Positions 45,830 to 59,252 of a stretch of DNA of 64,000 nt are shown here, in pieces. The number at the start of each line of letters is the position of its first letter. Positions within the stretch are counted from its first letter, which is position 1. The notes below the pieces were generated by a model. The model ran no database searches and was not told where the DNA came from. It saw only the letters and a list, made by a program, of their open reading frames with translations. Origin of the DNA: Octopus sinensis (taxonomy: Eukaryota); assembly GCF_006345805.1 (NCBI RefSeq), contig NC_043023.1:13764001-13828000 (forward strand), read 5' to 3'. The translations under genes were made by a program, and so were the position numbers.

Positions 45830-48320
45830 CTTGGGTCGACCAAAGCCTCGTGAATGGATTTGGTAGACAGAAACTCAAAGAAGCCCGTTGTATATATGTA
45901 TATGTATATGTGTGTGTGTGTGTGTCTGTGTTTGTGTTTCTGCCCCCAACATCGCTTGACAACCGAAGGTGGTGTGTTTACATCCCCGTTACTTAGCGGT
46001 TCAGCAAAAGAGGCCGATAGAATAAGTACTGGGCTTACAAAGAATAAGTCCTGGGGTCGATTTGCTCGACTAAAGGCAGTGCCCTAGCATGGCCACAGTC
46101 AAATGACTGAAACAAGTAAAAGAGTAAACTTAGCAGTTCGGCAAAAGAGACCGATAGAATAAGTATTGGGCTTACAAAGAATAAGTCCTGGGGTTGATTT
46201 GCTCGACTAAAGGCGATGCTCCAGCATGGTCACAGTCAAATGACTGAAACAAGTAAAAGAGTCAACTTAGCAGTTCAGCAAAAGAGACCGATAGAATAAG
46301 TACTGGGCTTACAAAGAATAAGTCCCGGGGTCGAGTTGCTCGACTAAAGGCGGTGCACCAGCATGGCCGCAGTCAAATGACTGAAACAAGTAAAAGAGTC
46401 AACTTAGCAGTTCAGCAAAAGAGACCGATAGAATAAGTACTGGGCTTACAAAGAATAAGTCCCGGGGTCGATTTGCTCGACTAAAGGCGGTGCTCCAGCA
46501 TGGCCACAGTCAAATGACTGAAACAAGTAAAAGAGTAAACTTAGCAGTTCAGCAAAAGAGACCGATAGAATAAGTACTAGGCTTACAAAGAATAAGTCCT
46601 GGGGTCGATTTGCTCGACTAAAGGCGGTGCTCCAGCATGGTCACAGTCAAATGACTGAAACAAGTAAAAGAGTAAACTTAGCAGTTCGGCAAAAGAGACC
46701 GATAGAATAAGTATTGGGCTTACAAAGAATAAGTCCTGGGGTCGATTTGCTCGACTAAAGGCGGTGCTCCAGCATGGCCACAGTCAAATGACTGAAACAA
46801 GTAAAGGAGTAAACTTAGCAGTTCAGCAAAAGAGACCGATAGAAATACTGGCTTACAAAGAATAAGTCCCGGGGTCGATTTGCTCGACTAAAGGCGGTGC
46901 TCCAGCATGGCCGCATCAAATGACTGAACCAAGTAAAAGAGTAAACTTAGCAGTTCAGCAAAAGAGACCGATAGAATAAGTACTGGGCTTACAAGAAATA
47001 GTCCCCGGGTCGATTGCTCGACTAAAGGCGGTGCTCCAGCATGGCCGCAGTCAAATGACTGAAACAAGTAAAAGAGTAACTTAGCAGTTCAGCAAAAGAG
47101 ACCGATAGAATAAGTACTGCACTGGCTTACAAAGAATAAGTCCCGGGGTCGATTTGCTCGACTAAAGGCGGTGCACCAGCATGGCCGCAGTCAAATGACT
47201 GAAACAAGTAAAAGAGTAAACTTAGCAGTTCGGCAAAAGAGACCGATAGAATAAGTACTGGCTACAAAGAATAAGTCCCGGGGTCGAGTTGCTCGACTAA
47301 AGGCGGTGCACCAGCATGGCCGCAAGTCCAAATGGACTGAAACAAGTAAAAGAGTCAACTTAGCAGTTCAGCAAAAGAGACCGACTAGAATAAGTATGGG
47401 CTTACAAAGAATAAGTCAGGGGTCGATTTGCTCGACTAAAGGCGGTGCTCCAGACATGGCCACAGTCAAATGACTGAAACAAGTAAAAGAGTAAACTTAG
47501 CAGTTCAGAAAAGAGACCGATAGAATAAGTACTAGGTTACAAAGAAAAATAAGTCCTGGGGTCGATTTGCTCGACTAAAGGCGGTGCCCAGCATGGTCAC
47601 AGTCAAATGACTGAAACAAGTAAAGAGAGTAAACTTAGCAGTTCGGCAAAAGAGACCGAATTAGAATAAGTATGGGGGCTTACAAAGAAATATGTCCTGG
47701 GGTCGATTTGCTCGACTAAAGGCGGTGCTCCAGCATGGCCACAGTCAAATGACTGAAACAAGTAAAGGAGTAAACTTAGCAGTTCAGCAAAAGAGACCGA
47801 TAGAATAAGTACTGGGCTACAAAGAATAAGTCCCGGGGTCGATTTGCTCGACTAAAGGCGGTGCTCCAGCATGGCCGCAGTCAAATGACTGAAACAAGTA
47901 AAAGAGTAAACTTAGCAGTTCAGCAAAAGAGACCGATAGAATAAGTACTGGGCTTACCAAAGAATAAGTCCGGGGTCGATTTTGCGACTAAAGGCGGTGC
48001 TGCTCCAGCATGGCCGCAGTCAAATGACTGAAACAAGTAAAAGAGGTAAACTTAGCAGTTCAGCAAAAGAGACCGATAGATAAGTACTGGGCTTACAAAG
48101 AATAAGTCCCGGGGTCGATTTGCTCGACTAAAGGCGGTGCACCAGCATGGCCGCAGTCAAATGACTGAAACAAGTAAAAGAGTAAACTTAGCAGTTCGGC
48201 AAAAGAGACCGATAGAATAAGTACTGGGCTTACAAAGAATAAGTCCTGGGGTCGATTTGCTCGACTAAAGGCGGTGCTCCAGCATGGCCTCAGTCAAATG
48301 ACTGAATCAAGTAAAAGGGA
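45830..48320 (+). repeat. SINE family A followed by 16 extra tandem copies of its about 137-bp 3' tail (17 in total)
   Basis: cttagc unit starts at about 45992, 46129, 46266, 46403, 46540, 46677, 46814, 46946, 47080, 47221, 47359, 47496, 47634, 47775, 47911, 48051 and 48187. Confidence 0.97.
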
Positions 48321-48499
48321 AAAGAGAGTTATTATTCCTTTACGAAGAAGTTGTAGAAGAATACCTACAAGAAAAATTGGAGAAATTCTATAAACAACCT
48401 CCAAACGAACTCTGCCTCTGCAAAGCATCAGGTATAACATCCCTTTCATCATCATTGTCAGGTAACATCTGGTTTCTATGCTGGCATGGGTTGGACAGT

Positions 48500-49935
48500 T
48501 TGACTGCGGCCATGCTGGAGCACCGCCTTTTAGTCGAGCAAATTGACCCCGGGACTTATTCTTTTGTAAGCCCGGTACTTATTCTATCGGTCTCCTTTGC
48601 CGAACCGCTAAGTTTAGTCTTTTACGTGTTTCAGTCATTTGACTGCGGCCATGCTGGAGCACCGCCTTTAATCGAGCAACTCGACCCCGGGACTTATTCT
48701 TTTGTAAGCCCAGTACTTATTCTATCGGTGTCTTTTGCTGAACTGCTAATTGATGGCAACGTAAACACACCACCTTCGGTTAACAAGCATTGTTGGGGGG
48801 GACAAACACAAACACACACATATATACATATACATATATACAACGGGCTTCTTTCAGTTTCCGTCTACCAAATCCACTCACAAGGCTTTGGTCGGCCCAA
48901 GGCTATAGTAGAAGACATTTGCCCAAGATGCCACGCAGTGGAACTGAACCCAGAACCATGTGGTTGGTAAGCAAGCTACTTACCACACAGCCGCTCCTGC
49001 ACCTATTTATATATATATATATATATGATGGGCTTCTTTCAGTTTCCGCCTACCAAATCCACTCACAAGGCTTTGGTAGGCCCAAGGCTATAGTAGAAGA
49101 CACTTGCCCAAGATCCACGCAGTGGGACTGAACCCGGAACCATGTGGTTGGTAAGCAAGCTACTTACCACACAGCCACTCCTGCACCTATTTATATTATA
49201 TATATATAATACGATGGGCTTCTTTCAGTTTCCGTTCTACCAAATACCACCTCACGAGGCTTTGGTCAGCCCGAGGCTATAGTAGAAGACACTTTCCCAA
49301 GATGCCATGCAGTGGGACTGAACCCGGAACCATGTGGTTTGTAAGCAAGCTACTTATCACACAGCCATCCTGCACCTATTTATATATATATATATATATA
49401 TAATAACGATGGGCTTCTTTCAGTTTCCGTCTACCAAATCCACTCACAAGGCTTTGGTCGGCCCAGGCTATAGTAGAAGACACTTGCCCAAGATGCCACG
49501 CAGTGGGACTGAACCGGAACCATGTGGTTTGTAAGCAAGCTACTTACCACACAGCCACTCCTGCGCCTATTTATATATATAATATATATACGATGGGCTT
49601 CTTTCAGTTTCCGTCTACCAAATCCACTCACAAGGCTTGGTCGGCCCAAGGCTATAGTAGAAGACACTTGCCCAAGATGCCACGCAGTGGGACTGAACCC
49701 GGAACCATGTGGTTTGTAAGCAAGCTACTTACCACACAGCCACTCCTGCACCTATTTATATATATATATACGATGGGCTTCTTTCAGTTTCCGTCTACCA
49801 AATCCACTCACGAGACTTTGGTCAGCCCGAGGCTATAGTAGAAGACACTTGCCCAAGGTGCCATGCAGTGGGACTTAATCCAGAACCATGTGGTTTGTAA
49901 GCAAGCTACTTACCACACAGCCCCTCCTGCACCTA
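48500..49935 (-). repeat. SINE family A with duplicated tail and six tandem heads (about 185 bp)
   Basis: gggcttctttcagtttcc at about 48845, 49030, 49215, 49411, 49595 and 49775. Confidence 0.95.
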
Positions 49936-50127
49936 TAAATAAATGTATAAATAATGCGGGTATCTGGGTATTTAGGTCACCAAAGTATCAATTTAAAACA
50001 GTGTAATGCAAGATAAAGTAGTATAGACCTGTGGCTATAACTAAAACAATACAAGGATTTAGGGAAGTGAATTAGATATAGGTCATAAGAAGCAAGAAGA
50101 CAATCTTGTAATCAAAATTACAAATAA

Positions 50128-50620
50128 GGTAACAAAAGGGTTAAAATATATAATAGAGAAACAATTCTTAACCCTTTCGATACCAACCTATGTGAAACCA
50201 CCTCTGGCTCTGTAGTACAAATGTCTTGTTTTCATAAGTTTTGAATTAAAATCTTCCACCAAACCTTAGTCACAATTTATGTTCCTAACACCAGCTTAAT
50301 GATAACTAAGTTATTTTTGAAAGAAACACAGAGCATCTCAACAGAAATATGGTAACAAAAGGGTTAAAATATATAATAGAGAAACAATTCTTAACCCTTT
50401 TGATATTGGCCCAGCTGAAACCACCTCTGGCTCTGTAGTACAAATGTCTTGTTTTCAAAAGATCTGAATTAAAATCTTCCAGCAAACCTTAGTCACAATT
50501 TATGTTTCTAACACTAGCTGAATGATTACTAAATCATTTTACTAAATTCTTTTGTTATATTTAAAATGATTGAAAGAAACACAGAGCATCTCAACAGAAA
50601 TACAGCAACGAATGGGTTAA
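50128..50620. mobile_element. Two tandem piggyBac-like MITEs (TTAA|CCCTTT...AAAGGG|TTAA) plus an orphan right end
   Basis: Copies at 50168-50367 and 50391-50620; identical spacer aatatataatagagaaacaattc before each. Confidence 0.75.
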
Positions 50621-50883
50621 TGGCCAGTAATAAAGAATACAAAACACTAGGTTCACATAGGTACTGCATTATTTAAAGGATAAGTTAGTATAAAGAAAGT
50701 GCTATTTACTAGGGGAATATTTGAAGGTTTTTCTATTTCTATGGGAGCAATTTATCATTAAATTGGTTCTAAAATTTAATAATTTAATATTAAAGTAAGT
50801 ATATAGAACATTTCCTCCTGGCAAAGTTTTATACAGTGGAACAGTACTTACAATGATTACACTTTTGCTCATTTTATGTATAT

Positions 50884-51370
50884 ATCATCATCATCATTGT
50901 TTAACATATGCTTTACCTGCTGGCATAGGTTTGACTGAGGACTGGTGAGCCAGAGGCTGCACCAAGCTCAATCTGGTCTGGTAAAGTTTCTACCGCTGGA
51001 TGCCCTTCTGAATGCCAATCATTCCGAGAGTGTAGTTGGTGCTTTTACGTACCATCAACACGAGGGCCAGTCAGGCGGTTCTGGCAACAACCACGCTCAA
51101 AAGGTGTTTTTATGTGCTACATGCATGGGAGCCAGTCTGGCGGCACTGGCAACGACCGTGCTTGAATGTTGTTTTTCATGTGCCACCAACACAAGTGCCG
51201 GTAAGGTGATGCTGGCAATGATCAGCTTGAATGGTGCCTTTCACATGCCAGCGGCACGGGAGCCAATCTGTGGCCCTGGAAATGATCATGTTCAGATGTA
51301 CTTTTAATGTTCCACTGGCATGAGTGCCAATGAGACGATACTGTCATTGGCCATGTTAGTGATTTTGGTT
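50884..51370 (-). mobile_element. Older RTE 3' end
   Basis: Diverged catcatcattgtttaac.. signature and internal repeats. Confidence 0.7.
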
Positions 51371-51452
51371 TGTTTTATATATATATATATTTATTTATTA
51401 TATACGTATATTTATTAATTTATCTAATTAATTATTTTATTATTTTTATCTT

Positions 51453-51535
51453 TAACCTGAAAAGTGACTATATTTATATTGAAGTGATTTTACAATAATC
51501 CTTTCTTAAATATAGCCACGAAACACGTGTAGTTA
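51453..51535 (+). ncRNA. Hammerhead motif with G8A core substitution (probably inactive)
   Basis: TAAC-CTGAAAA-GTGACTATATTT..AAATATAGCCAC-GAAAC-ACGT-GTA-GTTA; stem II 12 bp with one mismatch; palindrome ACACGTGT. Confidence 0.6.
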
Positions 51536-51794
51536 TTCTACTACATATATACGTTTTATTTATTATTTTGCACATTACTTAATCATTGGTATATGTTTTA
51601 TTTTATATTTAATCTTTCTTTAAGATGTAATTTTTCTAAATGGTATAATTTAATTTTTCCATTATTAAATTAATAAAAGGTGTTTTTTTTTCTAATTTTT
51701 ATATATATTATATTTTGTGAAATTTGATTTAGTATTTCTGAATTGAATTTTTCCCTGTAAGTTTGGAATAATATTCCCTCATATTATTATTATG

Positions 51795-51826
<32 letters not shown>

Positions 51827-51829
51827 CAA

Positions 51830-53750
51830 AACCACCACCATCATCTGCTGCCTGCTCTATCAACATCATGTCTGATTGTTTTTGTGATTCCATGGTGGTG
51901 GTGGCCATGACAGGGATGCCATTGAAAGTGATGACACAGGGCTGATGATGATGCTGGTACTAATGATGTCAATGGTCGTGATGATGGTAGTAGTAGTGGT
52001 GGTGGTGGTGATGGTAATGATGATGAGGATAAAATATGATGTTGTGTGTATACAGTATGTAGGTTAGTACCACTGTTATACTATGCTGCCACCGCTGTAC
52101 CACCACCATCCTACTGCCACCACCCTACTACCACCGTCACCACCAACATTACTACCATCATCATCATCATTACCACCACCAACACTATCATCACCACCAC
52201 CACCTCCAACATCACCTGTACCATCACAACTACTACCACTACCTTCACCACCACCACCACCATCGCCACCACCTCCAACATTACCACCACCATCACAACC
52301 ACTACCATTACCATCACCACCACAACCACCACCAATACCACCAGCATCACCACCAACACCACTACTACTACCACAACTACCACCACCATCATCATCACAA
52401 CCACCACCACCTCCACCACCACCATCACCACCACCACCACCATCACCACCACCTCCACCACCATCACCATCACAACTGCCACTACGATGACGACGCCACC
52501 ACCAACATCACCGTCATCACCACCATCACTGCTACTATCCCCACCATCATCATCATCCCATCCACCCACCCACCCACCACCACCACCACCACCACCACCA
52601 CCACCATTACCACCTACCACTGAGAACAACATCCCATTTATCAGTGCGACACGTGATAATGGTGTGCTGATGAGGCTGAAGAGGATGAGGATGAGGATGA
52701 GGTGGAGGGAGGGAGAAGGGGGGGACGAGGTGTTGTTTTCTCTTGTTAAATATACCTCTTCATATCGTAATACATTCTTAATTATTTTTTTCTGGGAGTC
52801 TGTGACTGAGTTGGCAACCATCCAGCTCACCCACCACCACCACCACCACCACCGCCGCCGCCGCCGCACCCACCACCACCACCACCACCACCACCACCAC
52901 CGCCGCCACCACCACCGTCGCCGCCACCACAACCACGCCACCTCCACCACCACCACCACCAACCACCATTGCACCACCACCACACCACCACCACACACCA
53001 TTACCACCACCACCACACCCACCATTGCCACACCACCACCCCCACCACCACACCACCACCACCACCACCACACCACCACCCCACCACCATCACCACCACC
53101 ACCACACCACCACCAAAACCATTACCACCACCACCTCCACACCACCACCACCACCACCACCACCAACCACACACCACCACCACTATCATCATCATAGTCA
53201 TCACCATGGACATCATCATCCTTGCTGTCATTATCATTGTCAACGTTATTGTTGTCGTTGTTGTCGTCATCATCATCATCATCATAATAATTGTCGTCAC
53301 CACCACCACCACCATCATATCCATCATCTCCATCATTATCCCTGTCACCACCATCATCATAACCATATCACCAACACCACCACGACCAATACCACCACGA
53401 CCACCACCACCGACACCACCATCATATTCATCATCTCCATCATCATCTCTGTCACCACCATCATCATAACCATATCATCACCACACCACCACCGACACCA
53501 ACACCCCCACCACCACTACCACCACCACCGACACCAACACCCTCACCACCACTACCACCACCGCCACCATCATATTCCTCATCTCCATCATCATCTCTGT
53601 CACCACCATCATCATAACCATATCATCACCACACCACCACCACCACCACCACCGACACCATCATATTCCTCATCTCATCATCATCATCTCTGTCACCACC
53701 ATCATCATAATCATATCACCACCACCACCACTGACACCACCACCTCCACG
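51830..53750. repeat. (ACC)n/(CAT)n/(GGT)n low-complexity block
   Basis: Source of poly-T/H/P/V/W ORFs. Confidence 0.95.
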
Positions 53751-53916
53751 TCTACTCATTTTTGTTATTCTACATGTCCATAGTCTGAGAGTTATGGCAC
53801 AAGTTTTCTTGCATAAAAGCAAAAATAAATAACAATAATTAGGTATGTTTTGGAAAAAAATATGTATGTATAACCTTGAACATATATAAATAAACATATA
53901 TACATATGTATATGTT

Positions 53917-53958
<42 letters not shown>

Positions 53959-54187
53959 AGATAAGAAAATGGAGAAATACATCTAAATCAAATATCAATT
54001 ACCAGATAATACTCAATCACATACTTATTAAACCACCACATAAGAGGACTGTAGGGTTAAACATAAAAAAGCAGAACAAATCAGTGTACATAAAGGAATG
54101 TACATAAAAAAGTGTACATACAAGAGTAATGTTGTATAATAATTAGAATATATATAAAAAAAAGAGAATATAAATATAAGTATAGAT

Positions 54188-54320
54188 TATGTCTTACAGC
54201 TGTTTCGGCCATGTAGATAAGGATGTCTCATTTTACCAATATTAGCCTTTTATGGTAGGTCAATATATAGATATAAATGAGGCATTTACAAAAATATCAT
54301 AAGGCCTCTTCGGAGATATA
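54188..54320 (-). ncRNA. Hammerhead motif (U4C core variant) with long loop II
   Basis: Minus strand TATATCT-CCGAAGA-GGCC..92 nt..GGCC-GAAAC-AGCT-GTA-AGACATA; stem I 6 of 7 paired; palindrome ACAGCTGT. Confidence 0.6.
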
Positions 54321-54481
54321 CATATACATATGAGTGCATATACATATATATATAAACATATATTCATATGTATATTTATATATATAAGTAGTTTATATAT
54401 ATATATATATGTGTGTGTATATATATATATATATACATACAACAACAGATCAGGTCACTTGCTATGCAAGTTCATCTCCAT

Positions 54482-54522
<41 letters not shown>

Positions 54523-54696
54523 GCACACACATATAAACATACATACATACTCTGCATCCCACATTATTAGACAAATCATTTTAGTTTCCATTTACCGGAT
54601 TATTGTACACGTCTGTGTAATTTTTCCCACAATTCCACCCAGCCGTTTGACCGTGAATCCCAAGACATCAAAGAATCGTCCAAGTCAAATTTATAT

Positions 54697-54990
54697 CTCT
54701 TTACTCTCTTTTACTTGTTTCAGTCATTTGGCTGCGGCCATGCTGAAGCACCGCCTTTAGTTGAGCAACTCGACCCCGGGACTTATTGTTTTTGGAAGCC
54801 CAGTACTTATTCTATCGGTCTCTTTTTGCCGAACCGCTAAGTAATGGGGATCTAAACACACCAGCATCGGTTGTCAAGCAATGCTAGGGGGACAAACACA
54901 GACACTTGCCCAAGGTGCCACGCAGTGGGACTGAACCCAGAACCATGTGGTTGGTAAGCAAGCTACTTACCACACAGCCACTCATGCGCC

Positions 54991-55075
<85 letters not shown>

Positions 55076-55237
55076 GACGAGCTTCTTTCAGTTTCCGTCT
55101 ACCAAATCCACTCACAAGGCTTTGGTCGGCCCAAGGCTATGGTAGAAGACACTTGCCCAAGGTGCCACGCAGTGGGACTGAACCCAGAACCATGTGGTTG
55201 GTAAGCAAGCTACTTACCACACAGCCACTCATGCGCC

Positions 55238-55302
<65 letters not shown>

Positions 55303-55465
55303 GACGAGCTTCTTTCAGTTTCCGTCTACCAAATCCACTCACAAGGCTTTGGTTGGCCCAAGGCTATGGTAGAAGACACTTGTCCAAGGTTCCACGCAGT
55401 GGGACTGAACACGGAACCATGTGGTTGGTAAACAAGCTACTTACCACACAGCCACTCCTGCACCT
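54697..55465 (-). mobile_element. SINE family A with three tandem heads (first partial)
   Basis: Heads at about 54901-54990, 55078-55240 and 55305-55465. Confidence 0.9.
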
Positions 55466-55739
55466 GTGTAGATTATACCAATGACCTATAATCCTTTAAG
55501 GGATGTTTGCATCCTAGTTCCTCGGTTTTAACCAGTGTTCAGTGAAAGACTAAATACGATAGTTTTACATTGATGGATGTGGGTATTTAAGATATTTATG
55601 GATGGCAATAAGAAGAAAATGGAGAAGTTGACATATAGTCATCGGTTTATTGAAAAATATTCAAATCAATATAAAATTAAATTCTTTTCCCTACAGCTGT
55701 TTCCATAGCCAATTAATTCAGTGCAGGCATAGCAACCAA

Positions 55740-55812
55740 AGGTGACCAAAGGGCGAATCTACCAGGCTGTCGTTCGTACTATCCTCCTCTATGGTTGTGA
55801 AACATGGCCTAT
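55740..55812 (+). mobile_element. Short RTE ORF fragment between two Penelope-like ends
   Basis: [23 protein letters not shown]; flanking TACAGCTGTTTC half-hammerhead motifs near 55693 and 55934. Confidence 0.65.
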
Positions 55813-56149
55813 GTTTAACAAAAATAAGAACCTTAATAGCATGCATATATACATTATAATTCAATACATATAAGATAAGAATACTATTATAAAAATCATA
55901 ATATAAATTATTGAAATCATTAAAATCACTCCTTACAGCTGTTTCAGGCTGTGGATAAAAGTAGTTTTTTTCACTGCCTATAGTTGTCAATATATATATA
56001 CATATATATATTGCAAAAATAGAAAAAGGAGACAAACGCTCAAGATGTTATTAAAATCTGCCTCAATAAATACTGTCTGACTCATGCAAGCATAGGAAAG
56101 TGAATTTTAAAATAACAATGATGACGACGATGATGATGATGGTAATTGT

Positions 56150-56535
56150 GGGTAGTAAAGAAATAGGTATTTCGTCTGCCGTTACGTTCCGAGTTCAAAT
56201 TCCGCCGAGGTCGACTTTGTCTTTCATCCTTTCGGGATCAATAAATTAAGTACCAGTTACGCACTGGGGTCGATGTAATCGACTTAATACCTTTGTCTGT
56301 CTTTGTCTGTCCCCTCTATGTTTAGCCCCTTGTGGGTAGTAAAGAAATAGGTATTTCGTCTGCTGTTACGTTCCGAGTTCAAATTCCGCCGAGGTCAACT
56401 TTGCCTTTCATCCTTTTGGGGTCGATTAAATAAATACCAGTTACACACTGGGGTCGATGTAATCGACTTAATACCTTTGTCTGTCTTTGTCTGTCCCCTC
56501 TATGTTTAGCCCCTTGTGGGTAGTAAAGAAATAGG
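56150..56535 (+). mobile_element. SINE family C body in two tandem copies
   Basis: Two about 185-bp units as at 15.3-15.9 kb. Confidence 0.9.
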
Positions 56536-56799
56536 TAATTGCGGGCCAAAATATTTCAGTAATAGGGTCTATGATTAAATGTTAATTATGAAATTAATGA
56601 TAATATGTTAATTAAGGGAAATACCTGTCTCACAATTCATAATTGGTATGACTTGAATAACACATGGTTTCTCTATAAGTATAAACACATGAATTTGTAA
56701 AGGTGAACATGGACATGATCTGGAATAGGTGTAGATCTCAGGTTGCAGGTTACGTTCAAGCACTTTTACACACTTTATCTTAACCTAGAACGCACATCT

Positions 56800-56922
56800 A
56801 CCTGTATCTCTCTGTCTGTTTGTCTATTTATCTATCTATTTGTCTGTCTGTGTGTCTGTCTGATTATCCATTTATCTATCTGGCACTCTGTCTGTCTGTC
56901 TGTCTGCCTGTTTGTCTGTCCA

Positions 56923-56981
<59 letters not shown>

Positions 56982-56990
56982 ATCTATCTT

Positions 56991-57021
<31 letters not shown>

Positions 57022-57097
57022 GTCTGTCTGTCTATCTATTTATCTATCTATCTATCTATCAATCTATCTATCTATCTATTTATCTATCTATCTATCA

Positions 57098-57128
<31 letters not shown>

Positions 57129-57139
57129 AATCTATCTAC

Positions 57140-57173
<34 letters not shown>

Positions 57174-57182
57174 ATCTATCTT

Positions 57183-57267
<85 letters not shown>

Positions 57268-57288
57268 TTCACTATCTATCTATCTGTC

Positions 57289-57319
<31 letters not shown>

Positions 57320-57365
57320 CTGTCCGTCTATCTGTCTGTCTGTCTGTACATACATACATACATAC
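56800..57365. repeat. (TCTA)n/(TCTG)n microsatellite
   Basis: Direct repeat. Confidence 0.95.
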
Positions 57366-57714
57366 ATATATCATCATCATTTAACATCCATTTCCGATAT
57401 TGGCTTGGGTTAGGCATGGGTTAGACAGTTTGACAAGCTGGTTAGTCAAAGGGCTGCACCAAGCTCCAGTCGTCTCTTTTAACAAGGTTTCTCTGACTGG
57501 ATGCCTTTCCTAATGGCAACCACTTTACAGAGTGTACTGATTGCTTACATGTAGCACAGGTGTGTTTTATGTGGCATCAGCCCTTATGATTCAGGGTGCT
57601 CAGCTGGAGAGGGTTGCAAGGGACAAGCCTATAGGTAAAGACAACCCTGCTTTTACTTAACTTGACATGTCCTTTTAAGTACAGCAAACCATTAGGGGTC
57701 TTGGTCCTCTGTCA

Positions 57715-58155
57715 TCCCTCCCCCTCTCTACCTTTCTTTCCTTCTCTCCGTCCCTCCTCCTCTACCTTTCTTCCTCTCTCTCTACCTTTCTTTCCCCTCT
57801 CTACCTTTCTCTCCCTCCCTCCACCCCTCCCCCTCTACATTTCTTCCTCTCTCTCTACCTTTCTTTCCCGCCGTCTGTCCGTCCCTCCCCTCTCTACTTT
57901 TCTTCTCCTCCCCCCATTCCCCTCTCTACGTTTCTCCCCCCTCTACCTTTCTTCCTTTCTCTACCTTTCTTTCCCTCCCGCTGTCCCTCTTCCCTCTCTA
58001 CCTTTCTTCTCCTCCCTCCGTCCATCCCCCTCTCTACCTTTCTTACCCTCCTTCCATCCCTCCCCTCTACATTTCTTCCCCTCTCTACCTTTCTTCTCCT
58101 CCCTCCACCCCTCCGCCTCTCTACCTTTCTTTCCCTCCCACCGTCTCCCCCCTCT
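57715..58155. repeat. CT-rich minisatellite (ccctctctacctttctt core)
   Basis: About 30-35 bp units. Confidence 0.85.
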
Positions 58156-58550
58156 CTAGCCCAGTGCTGCAGTAGTAGCCAACAGTTACTCAAGGTGTGC
58201 CACACAGTGGGACTGAACCCAGAACCCTGTGGCCGGGAAGCAAACGTCTTCACAGCACTGCTAAGCCTGTACCTACCACAAACATTACACCCTCTGCACA
58301 ATGAAGCAAGCTCTGGAATTTGTGGGTGTGTCTCTTTGGGGTGGTGCTATTCAGTCTTGTCAGCAGAAGTACATACCTCATGCCAAGGAGGTGGGAAGAT
58401 GAGGGATGCTGTCTTTTCCTTACTTTTTTTTCTAAGATGTTCATCATGTGTTGTATGAAATCAAATCTCTTTTACGACTCTAAATAGTTCGCACTGAGGC
58501 TCCTGTTATATTTGAGGGTAAGTGTATGTATGTGTGCATACACACGTAGA

Positions 58551-58589
<39 letters not shown>

Positions 58590-58696
58590 ACTTCTATAAA
58601 TACGTTTATGTATAGGAGTAGCTGTGTGGTAAGTAGCTTGCTTATGAACCACATGGTCGTATACATGTGTGTGTATGTGTGTGTATATATATATAT

Positions 58697-58960
58697 CACG
58701 TGATCACGTGACCGCTGGTCACAATGCGTTCGCATCGTTTTAGCCTTCGAATGACGCCACCCCGCTGGCTAGGCGAGCAGGCCAACAGAAGAAAGAGTGG
58801 TGAAAGAGTACAGCAGGGATCACCACCCCCTGCCGGAGCCTCATGGAGCTTTTAGGTGTTTTCGCTCAATTAACACACACAACACCTGGTCTGGGAATCG
58901 AAACCGCGATCCTACGACCAAGAGTCCGCTGCCCTAACAACTGGGCCATTGCGCTTCCAC
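58697..58960 (-). mobile_element. SINE family B
   Basis: Same head and tail as 25630 and 37564. Confidence 0.85.
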
Positions 58961-59033
58961 ATATATATATATATATGTGTGTATGTGTGTATATATGTAC
59001 TTATATAAATACGTTTATGTATAGATATGTATA

Positions 59034-59210
59034 GGCATAGGAGTAGCTAGTGGTAAGTAGCTTGCTTATGATCCACATGGTTCCGGGTTCAGTCCCACTG
59101 AGTGGCACCTTGGGCAAGTGTCTTCTGCTATAGCCTCGGGCCGACCAAAGCCTTGTGAGTGGATTTGGTAGATGAAAACTGAAAGAAGCCCGTCATATAT
59201 ATTATATATA

Positions 59211-59252
<42 letters not shown>

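Noticed and set aside
48377-49900. ORFs such as 197 aa at 48377 and the recurring ..RRHLPKVPRSGTEPGTMW.. peptides
   Set aside because: Translations of SINE A antisense sequence, repeated at every copy.
52046-53783. 383, 322 and 252 aa mucin-like or His/Pro-rich ORFs
   Set aside because: (ACC)n/(CAT)n low-complexity DNA open in several frames on both strands; no splice or domain support.
58437-58517. 81-nt segment between a good acceptor and GAGG|GTAAGT donor
   Set aside because: Stops in all three frames, and ALKBH5 appears to have its own proximal promoter; could be a non-coding exon but cannot be supported without RNA data.
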